Positions 23,168 to 32,509 of a stretch of 32,509 nucleotides of DNA are shown one piece after another. The notes under the pieces were generated by a model. It was not told where the DNA came from. It did no database searches and saw nothing but the letters and a program-made list of their open reading frames with translations. Position 1 is the stretch's first letter, and each line of letters opens with the position of its first letter. Location: the NCBI GenBank assembly GCA_002339755.1, contig DDKT01000055.1:1-32509 (forward strand), in the 5' to 3' direction. Source of the DNA: Patescibacteria group bacterium UBA2591. Its GTDB lineage: Bacteria; Patescibacteriota; Patescibacteriia; UBA2591. Both the position numbers and the translations under genes were made by a program.

Positions 23168-23452
23168 ATGAGAATAAAAATAAAATTATCCAGCGCTTGG
23201 TTTCTAAAGTATTATTCATTTATGATCAGCGGTTTAGTTATACTTATTTTAGTTTTTGTTTTTATTTTTTTATATAAAAATTTTTATCAAACCATTATCC
23301 ATTCCGAAGCCGTCTCCCAACTTCGTGTCCAGGTAGTTCAAAAAAGAATTAAAATTGACCTTTTTTCTGAAGTAATGAAAAAAATAAATGAACGAAAAAA
23401 AATAAAACCCATTGATTGGACTTCCTTTAAAGATCCTTTCCTGGGTTATTAA
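23168..23452 (+). CDS. small single-TM protein, last member of the pilMNO operon
   Basis: Hydrophobic segment FMISGLVILILVFVFIFLY. Same strand with tight spacing. Confidence 0.45.
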   Translation: MRIKIKLSSAWFLKYYSFMISGLVILILVFVFIFLYKNFYQTIIHSEAVSQLRVQVVQKRIKIDLFSEVMKKINERKKIKPIDWTSFKDPFLGY

Positions 23453-23504
23453 AGTCAAGCATCGTTTCGAAAAATTTTTGGCTTTTTTAAAATTTTTAAA
23501 ATCT

Positions 23505-24500
23505 ATGCGAAAGTCAAATTTTCCAAGAGACTATGGATCACCAGAAAGAAAAATAGAGGCGAAAATATTAAAAGAAGAAAATGTTGAAAAATTAAGAAGA
23601 CTTCTTGAAAAGCAGCTTACTGAAATAAAAAAAAGAATCCCTGAATTAGAGGACTTTATTGATAATTCTTGCCGAATCGAACCTGGGATTTTTTCAAAAA
23701 TTTATTCTAAAGAAGTTATAGAAAAAGATATAAAGGATACCGAAGATAAAGAGATAAAGTTTTATTTTGAGTCTTTTTTAAGGACAAATAAACCTTTTGT
23801 AATAAGCATAAACACTTTAAGGGGTTTTTTAAATGATGAAAGTATAAGAAAAATAGACAAAGCTGTAATAAGCAGATTTATAGAAGAATTGAGAAAAATG
23901 GGAGAAGGGGCAAAAGAGATAAGAGAAAAATTATTAGAAAAGGCCAGAGAGGAAAAACTAAAAACAAAAGGAGAACAATTAGAGATGTTTAAAACTCTTA
24001 TGTTTAACGAATTTCTAGGATCGGATTATTGCAGTTTAAGAACTTCCTCTTATGATGATATCAAAAATGGTATTGATAATATTATTTTAGATCTAAAGAC
24101 AGGAGAAATTATCTGCGCTATAGATGAAACTGGAGATGTAGGAGAACTAGAACTAAGTGAAAAACGCAACAACATTCGCCACAAGAATTACTCTGGTAAG
24201 GGCGGAGAATTAAAATATGGAATTATAATCAAGGAAAGGGAAATAAGTTTAGGAAAAATTTTTCAAATCCCTATTCTTTATCTTCCGCTTTCTATAAAAG
24301 ATTTAAATCAAGGAATAGAACGATTAATTTCTTGTTTTAAAAAATTAGATAAACCAAGTTCAGATTCCGTTTTAAAAACAATATTTGACTATTGGACCTC
24401 TGAAATCAAAGGACAAATGGAAACAATTCAAATATATTTAGAACCAGAAAACCCTCTGAGAAAAAGAATAGATAATTTTAAAAAGGCCTTTCAGGGATAA
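23505..24500 (+). CDS. hypothetical protein (about 331 aa)
   Basis: ORF-track ORF 23412..24500. The ATG at 23505 avoids the 41-nt overlap with the preceding gene, so the start is uncertain. K/E-rich, no recognisable motif. Confidence 0.55.
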   Translation: MRKSNFPRDYGSPERKIEAKILKEENVEKLRRLLEKQLTEIKKRIPELEDFIDNSCRIEPGIFSKIYSKEVIEKDIKDTEDKEIKFYFESFLRTNKPFVISINTLRGFLNDESIRKIDKAVISRFIEELRKMGEGAKEIREKLLEKAREEKLKTKGEQLEMFKTLMFNEFLGSDYCSLRTSSYDDIKNGIDNIILDLKTGEIICAIDETGDVGELELSEKRNNIRHKNYSGKGGELKYGIIIKEREISLGKIFQIPILYLPLSIKDLNQGIERLISCFKKLDKPSSDSVLKTIFDYWTSEIKGQMETIQIYLEPENPLRKRIDNFKKAFQG

Positions 24501-24556
24501 AAAAAATGATTAAAATTTAGAGAAAAATAACTACTTGAAAATATTCTTGATTCGAC

Positions 24557-25510
24557 TTATCGATTTATCTTCAATTCTTCAATAGCCATTTTTATTGCTC
24601 CAATTACTGGTTCTTTTTGAGGAATGATAAACCTTGTTTTAGGAGCAATTTTTTTTATTTCTTTTTTTAAAACATCTAAAATAATCTTTGATTTAAACAA
24701 ACCACCAACTAAAACCAAAGGGAAACTTTTTTTAAAAAAACCTAGTTCTTTGATTATGGTTTTAACAGCAAGAGCCAATTCATTTCCTGCTTCGATTAAT
24801 ATTTTTTGAGCTATTTTATCTCTTTTTTGAACAACTATATTACAGATAGATGAAAGCGAAGAAATCTTTTTAATAAAATCAGGAGTATATATCTTTTGAT
24901 TTAATAAATTTGGAGCTTGTTTTTTTAATCTAAATTTTTGAAAAACAAAGTCTGCTAACAATGTTCTAGGGCCTCGTTTGTCTAAGGATTTCAAAATTGC
25001 TTGAAAGATTTTTTGGCCAATCCAGAAACCTGAACCTTCGTCAGCTAGCCAACCCCAACCACTTACTTTGAATTCTTTCTCCTTTCTCCAACCATGAGCT
25101 ACACAACCTGTACCAGCTATTAAAATAATACCATTTTTTTCGTCTGTTCCTGATTTAAAGGCTATCAATTGGTCACTTACAATTTTAATTTCTCCTTTCA
25201 AAAACTGAGAAATTTTTTTCTCTTTTAAAAGTTCCTTTTGAATTTTTTTAACTTTTGATTTAAATTCTTCTTCTACGGCTGATAAACCAATAAAAATAGA
25301 CAAAATTCGACTATTTCTATTCTTAGGTAAAATATTTTTAATAGCTTTAATGATATTTTCTGTGGTTATTTCAATTCCTACATTTCTAGGATTAGAGCTC
25401 TCAGATTTTCCGATTTTTAAAATTTCGCCATTTAAATCAGCTAAGACAGTAATCGTTTTTGTTCCTCCTCCATCAACGCCAATAATATAATTTTGATCTT
25501 TTGGATACAT
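24557..25510 (-). CDS. BadF/BadG/BcrA/BcrD-type ATPase (N-acetylglucosamine kinase-like)
   Basis: N-terminal IIGVDGGGTKT, IAGTGCVA, and GWGWLADEGSGFWIG motifs. Confidence 0.8.
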   Translation of the reverse strand: MYPKDQNYIIGVDGGGTKTITVLADLNGEILKIGKSESSNPRNVGIEITTENIIKAIKNILPKNRNSRILSIFIGLSAVEEEFKSKVKKIQKELLKEKKISQFLKGEIKIVSDQLIAFKSGTDEKNGIILIAGTGCVAHGWRKEKEFKVSGWGWLADEGSGFWIGQKIFQAILKSLDKRGPRTLLADFVFQKFRLKKQAPNLLNQKIYTPDFIKKISSLSSICNIVVQKRDKIAQKILIEAGNELALAVKTIIKELGFFKKSFPLVLVGGLFKSKIILDVLKKEIKKIAPKTRFIIPQKEPVIGAIKMAIEELKINR

Positions 25511-25535
25511 TGTTAAGACTTGACTTCAAATGATT

Positions 25536-26483
25536 TTATTTCAACAATCTTATTTGGTCAATTTTAGAAGAAAGTTTAAAGTATTCGTTATTTGCCCGAT
25601 CCACAGCTGATTTAGCATTAGTAATATGAGTATTGACAATACCTAAGATTTCACCAAATTTTTTAGTATCATTCTGAAGAGCAGCTAATAATTGAAGAAC
25701 TTGCCTTGAGGCTTCCTCAATTCGCTTTCCCTCCATAGCCATCATAATAATTTTTAGAAAATAATAAAAACTATTCGGAGAAACTGGAAAGACTCGCTTT
25801 TGATAAGCATAGGCGCTCAAATTTTCTTCCTCTCGAATTATTTCATAATAAATCACTTCTGAAGGAATGTACATAATAGCAAAATCCACTGTTCCTTCTT
25901 GAGGTAAAATATATTTTTTAGAAATATCATCAATGTGCTTTTTAACATCACGGATGAACTCTCGAAAACTACTTTTTTTCTCTTCCTCGTTTTGGGCGCT
26001 AAAAACTCTTCGGAAATTCTCCATAGGAAATTTTGAATCAATAGGAATAATCCCTTTATCAGTTTTGATAATAGCATCAACTATTTGTCCAGTTCGAAAT
26101 TTATGTTGTAAAGAGAAATGTTGCCGAGAAAAATATTGTTCCAAAAGATCTCTTAGAACTTGTTCACCAATATTGCCTCGAAGTTTTGGCGATTTTAAAA
26201 AATCTTGCAAATCTTGCATTCCTCGACCAATCTCTTCCATGCGACCAAGTTCTTTGCTTACAGTTCCTATAATTCGAGCAGCATTATCTAAACGTTGGCC
26301 AATTACTTCGGTAGTCTTATCAATTCTTTCCTGAATCCCTTGAATATTTTGACTTAGAATACTTAAAGACTTATCCGCTTTTTGCATCTCTTCAAATTGT
26401 CGAAATCTTTGATTAAAAAAATAAAACATAGCCACAAAGCCAAGAAAGACTAAAATGATGGTGATAATAAGCAAAGTTTCCAT
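25536..26483 (-). CDS. rmuC: DNA recombination protein RmuC
   Basis: N-terminal TM, coiled coil, then VDAIIKTDKGIIPIDSKFP and DFAIMYIPSE motifs typical of RmuC. Confidence 0.85.
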   Translation of the reverse strand: METLLIITIILVFLGFVAMFYFFNQRFRQFEEMQKADKSLSILSQNIQGIQERIDKTTEVIGQRLDNAARIIGTVSKELGRMEEIGRGMQDLQDFLKSPKLRGNIGEQVLRDLLEQYFSRQHFSLQHKFRTGQIVDAIIKTDKGIIPIDSKFPMENFRRVFSAQNEEEKKSSFREFIRDVKKHIDDISKKYILPQEGTVDFAIMYIPSEVIYYEIIREEENLSAYAYQKRVFPVSPNSFYYFLKIIMMAMEGKRIEEASRQVLQLLAALQNDTKKFGEILGIVNTHITNAKSAVDRANNEYFKLSSKIDQIRLLK

Positions 26484-26520
26484 AATTGATTATGATTATT
26501 GATTATTAAGTATAAATTTC

Positions 26521-27528
26521 CTATCCTATCTCTTTCTTGATTTCTCTTTTTCGTTGAAGGCCTTTTTGAGCGCCGATCTCAGAAATTACTGAACTACTAT
26601 TAAAAATAGCTAATTTTAAGGCTTTTTTAATCTTATTTTTGTATAAAATTAAACCAGCAACAAAAGAAGAACCAAAAGCATCGCCAGCTCCTGTAGTTTC
26701 TAGCCTCTTTCTTTTTAAAGATGGAGAATAATGTAAAATCTTGCCGTCATAGACATAAGCGCCTTTGGCTCCACAGGTGATAACTACTAAATTTGGTCCC
26801 CATTGATAAATAGTCTCTGCCATATATAAAATCTTTTTTATTCTTGATTTTTTCTCGAGAGAGAAATCCATTCTTTGAACAAAACTAAGAATCAATTCAG
26901 TGGTTTCATCCTCGTTTAAAATCAAAACATCTGTATTTTTTAGATATTTAATTAATCCTTTGTAACCTCTCTGAAGCTGAAGAGATCCTGGATTCCAAGC
27001 TATTTTAAGCGAGGGATTTGTTTTTTTAAGGTTAAATGATTTCCTCAAAATATTACTCCAATTGTTTCCGCCCAAAGAAGATATATAAATCCAATTAGTA
27101 TCTGGAAAAAATGCTGGCAATTGAAGATTGTCATTGGCTCCTCTGTATAAAAATGCAACATGATCTTTCTCTTTATGAATAGCAGCAATAAAAGAAAATC
27201 CTGTTGATAACTTTTTATCGATTTGAACAAATTTTAAATCAATCTTTTCTTTTTTTAAATTTTCTAGAACTATCTGACTATTTTTATCATTGCCAATCCT
27301 AATAATAGGGGCTACTTTTAGTCCTAATCTAGAAAAACATACTGCTGTATTACAAGCTCCTCCACCTGAAGTAAAATAAGCTTCTTTGACTCTAATTTTT
27401 GCTCCGTATTCAAAAGCTAATAGTTTTTCCCGCAAAGGATCTTTTTTGTTTTCTATCAAAATCCCCTCATCAGTAAAAAAGATAATATCACATGTTGCGC
27501 CGCCAATAGTAAGGAGATCATATTTCAT
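26521..27528 (-). CDS. carbohydrate kinase, PfkB/ribokinase family
   Basis: GGATCD near the N-terminus, GGGACN, and C-terminal TTGAGDAFGSSF. Confidence 0.8.
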   Translation of the reverse strand: MKYDLLTIGGATCDIIFFTDEGILIENKKDPLREKLLAFEYGAKIRVKEAYFTSGGGACNTAVCFSRLGLKVAPIIRIGNDKNSQIVLENLKKEKIDLKFVQIDKKLSTGFSFIAAIHKEKDHVAFLYRGANDNLQLPAFFPDTNWIYISSLGGNNWSNILRKSFNLKKTNPSLKIAWNPGSLQLQRGYKGLIKYLKNTDVLILNEDETTELILSFVQRMDFSLEKKSRIKKILYMAETIYQWGPNLVVITCGAKGAYVYDGKILHYSPSLKRKRLETTGAGDAFGSSFVAGLILYKNKIKKALKLAIFNSSSVISEIGAQKGLQRKREIKKEIG

Positions 27529-27558
27529 AATTTGTTTATCAAATTGAAAAAACTAAAT

Positions 27559-28038
27559 TTATAGAACTTCCAACTCTTCCAATCCTTTTTTAAAAATTTT
27601 AATTACTTTTTTAGTTCTCCAGTAATTTAATCGATAATTTGGTTCATGTACTAATTGATTTCTTGTCCTATGAGCTGGCCAAACTTGATGCAATCTAGTA
27701 AATTTATAACAAGCTAATTTTAGACGCTGTCCTAAGGATGAACCACCAAAGCCCATATGTTTTAAAGTGTAGTCTAATAATTTGTCCGCTTCAAGTATAG
27801 CTAACTTAAAACTCATTTCATTTTTTTTGTCTAGTAAACTTTCGATTTCTTTCCATCTTTTTTTAATCTCTTCTTTGTCTAGTCCCCACAGTTCTTTTTG
27901 TCGAAAAGTTTTTTTAATAAATCTAACTATTCGAAAAACTATCAATAAAACTACTATTCCTATTATAATAACAACAAGCCAAATGAACAAAGAAGAAAAA
28001 TCAAAAGTCAAGATTATGTTAAACATTATTATACTCAT
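27559..28038 (-). CDS. hypothetical membrane-anchored protein (159 aa)
   Basis: N-terminal TM LFIWLVVIIIGIVVLLIVF followed by a helical domain (AILEADKLLDYTLKHMGF...HRTRNQLVHE). Confidence 0.6.
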   Translation of the reverse strand: MSIIMFNIILTFDFSSLFIWLVVIIIGIVVLLIVFRIVRFIKKTFRQKELWGLDKEEIKKRWKEIESLLDKKNEMSFKLAILEADKLLDYTLKHMGFGGSSLGQRLKLACYKFTRLHQVWPAHRTRNQLVHEPNYRLNYWRTKKVIKIFKKGLEELEVL

Positions 28039-28053
28039 CCTGTTTTAATTTTA

Positions 28054-29484
28054 TTATTGCGGAGAAGAGCTAAAACTTTTTGCCATTCTTAATACTATTT
28101 CATCCTCAAACTGCTTTCCAATAATTTGTAAACCAATAGGCAAACCTTTTGTAGAACAAGGCACAGAAATAGCTGGCAAACCAGCTAAATTTACTGGCGT
28201 GGTAAAGACATCAGAAAGATACATTTTAATCGGATCATCTATTTTTTCTCCGATCTTAAAAGCAGGAGTAGGACTAACAGGAGCAACTAATACATCTACT
28301 TTTTCAAAAACCTGGTCAAAATCTTTTTTGATTAATGATCTCACTTTTTGGGCTCGGAGATAATATTGATCATAATAGCCAGCGCTTAAAGCATAAGTCC
28401 CTAACATGATCCTTCTTTTTACTTCGTTTCCAAATCCTTCGGCTCTAGTTTTAAAGTAAATATCTGATGAACTTTTGATATTTGAGACTTGGGATTGAAG
28501 AACTGAAAAACCATATCTAACACCATCATATTTTGCAAGATTAGCGCTCACTTCTGAAAACATGATTAAATAATACGCAGCTAAGGCATATTCAGTATGA
28601 GGTAGACTAATTTCTATAATTTCAGCGCCTATTTTCTCTAATTTTTTAATTCCTTCTTTTATTACTTTTTCTACTTCAGAATCCATGCCTTTGATAAAAT
28701 ATTCTTTAGGAACTCCGATTTTAATTTCTTTAACATCCTTTGTAGAAATAAAAATTGGTCCACTGCAGGTAGAATCTAATTCATTTTTTCCGCTAATTAT
28801 TTCTAACAAAATTTCTGCGTCTTCTACTGTTTTAGTAATCGGACCAATTTGATCTAGGGAAGAAGCCATAGCCACTAAACCAAAACGGGAAACCATTCCA
28901 TAAGTAGGTTTCATTCCCACTACTCCACAAAAAGAAGCGGGTTGTCTAATCGAACCACCAGTGTCAGATCCTAAGGCGGCTATACACATATGAGCTGCTA
29001 CAGCAGCTGCTGATCCACCAGAACTGCCGCCAGTTACTCTTTCTAAATCATGAGGATTTCTAGTTGGACCAAAGTAAGAATTCTCGGTAGAACTTCCCAT
29101 GGCGAACTCATCCATGTTTGTTTTTCCTAAAAGAATTACTCCCGCCTCTTTTAACTTTTTTATTACAGTAGCATCATAAGGAGGAATAAAATTTTCTAGC
29201 ATTTTTGAAGAACAAGTAGTTCGAATACCTTGGGTACAAATATTGTCTTTAATAGCTAAAGGGATTCCTGTTAAAATCCCAATTTCTCTTCCTTCTGATA
29301 TCTTTTTATCTATTATTTTTGCTTGGTTTAAAGCCTCTTCCTTGCAAACAGTATTAAAAGCATGGATTTTGTCATCTATCTTTTTAATCTGATCTAAACA
29401 AGCTTTTGTTAATTCTTGAGTTGAAAATTTTCTTTTTTTTAATCCTTGATGCGCCTCTTCAATGGTAAGTTGATTAAGGGTCAT
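28054..29484 (-). CDS. gatA: Glu-tRNA(Gln)/Asp-tRNA(Asn) amidotransferase subunit A
   Basis: Amidase signature GGSSGGSAAAVAA...GSDTGGSIRQPA. Start is placed at MTLNQLTIEEA (Met16 of ORF-track ORF ending 29529). Confidence 0.92.
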   Translation of the reverse strand: MTLNQLTIEEAHQGLKKRKFSTQELTKACLDQIKKIDDKIHAFNTVCKEEALNQAKIIDKKISEGREIGILTGIPLAIKDNICTQGIRTTCSSKMLENFIPPYDATVIKKLKEAGVILLGKTNMDEFAMGSSTENSYFGPTRNPHDLERVTGGSSGGSAAAVAAHMCIAALGSDTGGSIRQPASFCGVVGMKPTYGMVSRFGLVAMASSLDQIGPITKTVEDAEILLEIISGKNELDSTCSGPIFISTKDVKEIKIGVPKEYFIKGMDSEVEKVIKEGIKKLEKIGAEIIEISLPHTEYALAAYYLIMFSEVSANLAKYDGVRYGFSVLQSQVSNIKSSSDIYFKTRAEGFGNEVKRRIMLGTYALSAGYYDQYYLRAQKVRSLIKKDFDQVFEKVDVLVAPVSPTPAFKIGEKIDDPIKMYLSDVFTTPVNLAGLPAISVPCSTKGLPIGLQIIGKQFEDEIVLRMAKSFSSSPQ

Positions 29485-29579
29485 ATATGGGAATAAGTTA
29501 CAAATAATAAAAAAACTGAAGTATACCAACCCTATTCTAAGGCTAGTGGATTTAAATAACGTAACTCTTATTAAATTTT

Positions 29580-32201
29580 TTAGTGTATAATTTCTATCTT
29601 CCCCTCTTTTGTTTTTATCTTCACTTTTTCTCCTTCTTGAATTCGCCCTTCTACTATTTCCAAAGCTAATTTATCTAGAATCATCTGCTGAATTATTCTC
29701 TTTAAGGGGCGGGCTCCATAGACAGGATCAAAACCTTTTTCGGCCAATAATTTTTTAGTTTCTTTAGATACTTCGATTTCTATTTTTTTTAGAATCAATC
29801 GAGACTTGATTTGTTCTATTTGTAAATCAACAATCTTCTCAATTTGTTCTTTTGTCAAAGAATGAAAGATGATTATCTCATCTAAACGATTTAAAAATTC
29901 AGGCTTAAAATGATCTTTTAAAGCTCCTAAGATTTTCTCTTGAACTTCTTTTTCTGAAATTTCTTTTTCTTCTTCTGAAGCAAATCCTAAAGAGATCTTT
30001 TGGGCCAAGTCTCTTAACAGGTCACTCCCTATGTTTGAAGTTAAAATAATAACTGTATTTTTAAAATTAACCAAACGGCCTTTAGCATCTTTTAAACAAC
30101 CCTCGTCTAAAATTTGTAGTAAAATGCTTAAAACATCTGGATGAGCTTTTTCTACCTCGTCAAGCAAAACTACACTATAAGGCCGACGCCGAATCATTTC
30201 AGATAATTGTCCTCCTTCCTCGTAACCTATATAACCCGGAGGTGAACCAATCATTTTAGCCACTGTATGACGTTCCATATATTCTGACATATCTAAACGA
30301 ACCAAAGCAGCTTCGTCGTTAAACATAAATTCGGCTAAAGCTTTAGCTAATTCTGTTTTACCTACTCCTGTTGGACCTATGAAAACGAAAGATCCAATTG
30401 GTCGAGTTTCTTCAGAAATACCAGCTCGAGAACGACGAATAGCATTAGCCACACTTTTTACAGCCTCTTCTTGGTTAACAATTCTCTTATGTAGTTCTTC
30501 TTCCATGCGAGCTAATTTTTTAGATTCAGACTCAAGCATACGATAAACAGGAATACCTGTCCAGCGAGCCACCACTCGCGCTATGTCTTCTTCTGTTACC
30601 TCCTCTCGCAGGATTCCTCTTTTTTCTTGGATGTCTCTTAATTTTTTTTCGTCAGCTTTTATTTTTTTCTCTAATTCTGGTAATCTTCCGTATTTAATCT
30701 CTGCTACCTTTTGTAAATTTGCTTCTCGTTCAGCAATCTCTTTTTGTTGTTTTAATTTATCAATCTCTCTTTTAGTTTGCCGCAGAGAAACGATAACACC
30801 TTTTTCTGCTTTCCACTGAATCTCTAAGCTTTTAGCTTTTTCTTCTAAATCAGAAAGGGTTTTTTTCAAAAAAGATAATCTTTTTTTCGCTTCCTTATTT
30901 TTTTCTTTTTGTAAAATCTGTTTTTCTACCTCTAATTTTCTGATTTCTCTTTTTAATTTATCTAATTCTTCCGGCTGAGACTCTAAAGCCATTTTCAAGG
31001 CTGAAGCAGCTTCATCCATCAGATCAATGGCTTTGTCAGGCAAAAAACGATCTGTAATATATCTTTGAGATAAATTAGTTGCTGCTATCAGGGCAGGGTC
31101 AGCGATTTTCACTCCATGATGAACTTCGTATTTTTCTTTGATCCCCCTTAAAATAGCAATGGTATCCTCTAAATTTGGTTCCTGGACATAAACCGGTTGA
31201 AATCTTCTTTCTAAAGCTGCATCTTTTTCAATATATTTTTGATAATCTTTAAGAGTAGTGGCTCCTATACAATGGAGATCACCTCGAGCTAAAGCTGGTT
31301 TTAGTAAATTAGAAGCATCCATAGCTCCTTCAGCTGCTCCTGCTCCTACTACTGTGTGTAGTTCATCAATGAATAAAATAATCCTACCTTCTGCTTGTTT
31401 TATTTCTTTTAAAACTGCCTTTAAGCGATTTTCAAATTCTCCTCGATATTTTGTCCCGGCAATTAAAGTCCCGAGATCCAGGGACAAAAGATCTCGGCCT
31501 TTGAGAGTTTCTGGGGCATCTCCAGAAATGATTCTCTGAGCTAAGCCTTCAACAATAGCAGTCTTTCCGGTACCGGCTTCGCCAACCAAAACTGGATTAT
31601 TTTTTGTTCTTCTAGCAATAACTTGCATAACCCGTCGGATCTCTTCATCCCGACCAATAATCGGATCTAACTTTTCTTCGGCAGCCAAGTTGGTAAGATT
31701 TATAGTATATTTTTCCAAAGCTTGATATTTGCTTTCTGGTTCTGGTTCTGTTACTCTTTCTGTACCCCTTACTTCTGCTAAAACCCTAAGAACCCGATCC
31801 CGGTTAATCCCTGCTCCAATTAAAACACTCCTAGTAGGAGAAGGAACTTCAAGAATAGCTAGAAATAAATGCTCTGTAGAAATATATTCATCTTTAAGAT
31901 TCCTGGCCTCTTTTTGAGCTTGGATAAAGACTTTCCGCAGGTTTTGAGAAATAAAAAGTTGACCAACAACTCCCTCACTGACTATAATCCGCGGAACTCT
32001 ATCAATCAAAAATCCAATTTCTTCTATAAGTTTTGCTAAATTCACCTCCATCTTTTTTACCAATGCCAAAATTACCCCTTCTTCCTGAGTAAGAAGAGCA
32101 TGAGTTAAATGGCTAACATCCATTTCTTGATGGTTTTTTTCTAAAGCGATTGCTTCTGCTGCCTCAAGCGCTTCTCTAGATTTTAAAGTAAAATTATTCA
32201 T
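29580..32201 (-). CDS. clpB: ATP-dependent chaperone ClpB
   Basis: Two AAA+ modules (GEAGTGKTAIVEGLA, GPTGVGKTELAKALA) with a long middle coiled-coil domain; 873 aa. Confidence 0.95.
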   Translation of the reverse strand: MNNFTLKSREALEAAEAIALEKNHQEMDVSHLTHALLTQEEGVILALVKKMEVNLAKLIEEIGFLIDRVPRIIVSEGVVGQLFISQNLRKVFIQAQKEARNLKDEYISTEHLFLAILEVPSPTRSVLIGAGINRDRVLRVLAEVRGTERVTEPEPESKYQALEKYTINLTNLAAEEKLDPIIGRDEEIRRVMQVIARRTKNNPVLVGEAGTGKTAIVEGLAQRIISGDAPETLKGRDLLSLDLGTLIAGTKYRGEFENRLKAVLKEIKQAEGRIILFIDELHTVVGAGAAEGAMDASNLLKPALARGDLHCIGATTLKDYQKYIEKDAALERRFQPVYVQEPNLEDTIAILRGIKEKYEVHHGVKIADPALIAATNLSQRYITDRFLPDKAIDLMDEAASALKMALESQPEELDKLKREIRKLEVEKQILQKEKNKEAKKRLSFLKKTLSDLEEKAKSLEIQWKAEKGVIVSLRQTKREIDKLKQQKEIAEREANLQKVAEIKYGRLPELEKKIKADEKKLRDIQEKRGILREEVTEEDIARVVARWTGIPVYRMLESESKKLARMEEELHKRIVNQEEAVKSVANAIRRSRAGISEETRPIGSFVFIGPTGVGKTELAKALAEFMFNDEAALVRLDMSEYMERHTVAKMIGSPPGYIGYEEGGQLSEMIRRRPYSVVLLDEVEKAHPDVLSILLQILDEGCLKDAKGRLVNFKNTVIILTSNIGSDLLRDLAQKISLGFASEEEKEISEKEVQEKILGALKDHFKPEFLNRLDEIIIFHSLTKEQIEKIVDLQIEQIKSRLILKKIEIEVSKETKKLLAEKGFDPVYGARPLKRIIQQMILDKLALEIVEGRIQEGEKVKIKTKEGKIEIIH

Positions 32202-32241
32202 AGTTTGAAATGAATTCTTATTTTAATCAATAACTATTCTT

Positions 32242-32270
32242 ATTCTACAAAAATCTTTTGTCTTAGTCAA
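32242..32270 (-). promoter_or_regulatory. clpB promoter candidate (TTGACT-17-TAGAAT)
   Basis: The minus strand reads TTGACT (32270-32265), 17 nt, TAGAAT (32247-32242), ~40 nt upstream of the clpB ATG. Confidence 0.5.
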
Positions 32271-32341
32271 TAGTTCGCATTAGACAAATGTCAAAGCCGT
32301 TTTGAAACGCCAATATCTACCTCAAGTTACCTACCTCAAGT

Positions 32342-32509
32342 CTGGAGAAGATGAGATACATAGGTAACACCCCTAAGTGGCCAAAACTAAATCAATTTGA
32401 GAAGACTATGTTGATTAAATTCCTTTTAATTAGCAATGAAAACCTATGGTCAATAGTCAAAAAAGCCTTAAAATGAATGAAAATAGCCAAAATGGTGATT
32501 TCTCATCCT
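32342..32509. mobile_element. second copy (truncated by window end) of the MITE-like element
   Basis: 168 bp identical to 4881-5048 except one A/G difference (CTAAATGG vs CTAAGTGG). Same orientation. Confidence 0.5.

Noticed and set aside
1963-31917. Short ORFs nested in or antisense to long conserved genes (e.g. 1963..2148, 2511..2783, 6335..6559, 8717..8980, 10546..10839, 11572..11757, 14314..14502, 15957..16181, 17638..17883, 18809..19012, 19140..19349, 19533..19739, 19669..19956, 19857..20087, 20941..21219, 23270..23458, 24624..24809, 25853..26080, 25933..26334, 27045..27230, 27782..28048, 30583..30819, 31258..31539, 31729..31917)
   Set aside because: All overlap better-supported genes and have low-complexity or hydrophobic composition typical of AT-rich off-frame translation. 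None has a ribosome-binding site.
32202-32340. CIRCE or CtsR operator upstream of clpB
   Set aside because: There is no TTAGCACTC-N9-GAGTGCTAA match. Only isolated GTCAA(A/T)AG half-sites are present, 22 nt apart rather than tandem heptads.
4881-32509. The 168-bp direct repeats as attL/attR boundaries of a 27-kb integrated island, or as a circular-contig overlap
   Set aside because: The enclosed DNA is core genome (rnpB, rnc, smc, gatA, clpB, pilus genes) with host-like composition. The first copy is 4.9 kb inside the window rather than at its start. The repeat has its own terminal inverted repeats, which fits a small dispersed element.
1-32509. Alternative genetic code (UGA sense, as in some CPR lineages)
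   Set aside because: Conserved proteins (ClpB, GatA, RNase III, sugar transferase) are full length under the standard code, and TGA appears as a terminator (e.g. ORF 18045..18641).

Overview
AT-rich bacterial chromosomal segment using standard stop codons. The gene content is a minimal type IV pilus cluster with giant pilin-like proteins, a short SMC, GatA, ClpB, RmuC, RNase III, RNase P RNA and glycosylation genes. This looks like a small-genome Patescibacteria/CPR-like organism, which is inference only. From about 5.1 kb to the end, the window is ordinary core genome, interrupted by an orphan two-gene insert (9.9-12.1 kb) and one antisense orphan gene inside the pilus cluster. The unusual part is the first ~5.1 kb, which is visibly more G+C-rich and mostly non-coding. 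It holds a two-hairpin structured module present four times, with covarying stems and an invariant tail. One copy sits just 3' of a 554-aa Cys-rich protein whose C-terminus reads like the TnpB/Cas12 zinc-ribbon/RuvC-III segment. Two other copies look like ORF-less 3' ends of the same unit, and the fourth is driven by a perfect consensus promoter. My best candidate for an undescribed system is therefore a possibly nuclease-dead, TnpB-like RNA-guided module with solo guide-scaffold copies. This is a hypothesis from motif reading, not from a search. The same region also contains a degenerate receiver-domain gene and a 652-bp structure made of two ~176-bp inverted repeats. A 256-bp MITE-like element there recurs 27.4 kb away at the window end. 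Six orphan ORFs share strong GGAGG Shine-Dalgarno sites, whereas nearly all core genes here have none. Three of the six also share a leader hairpin motif.
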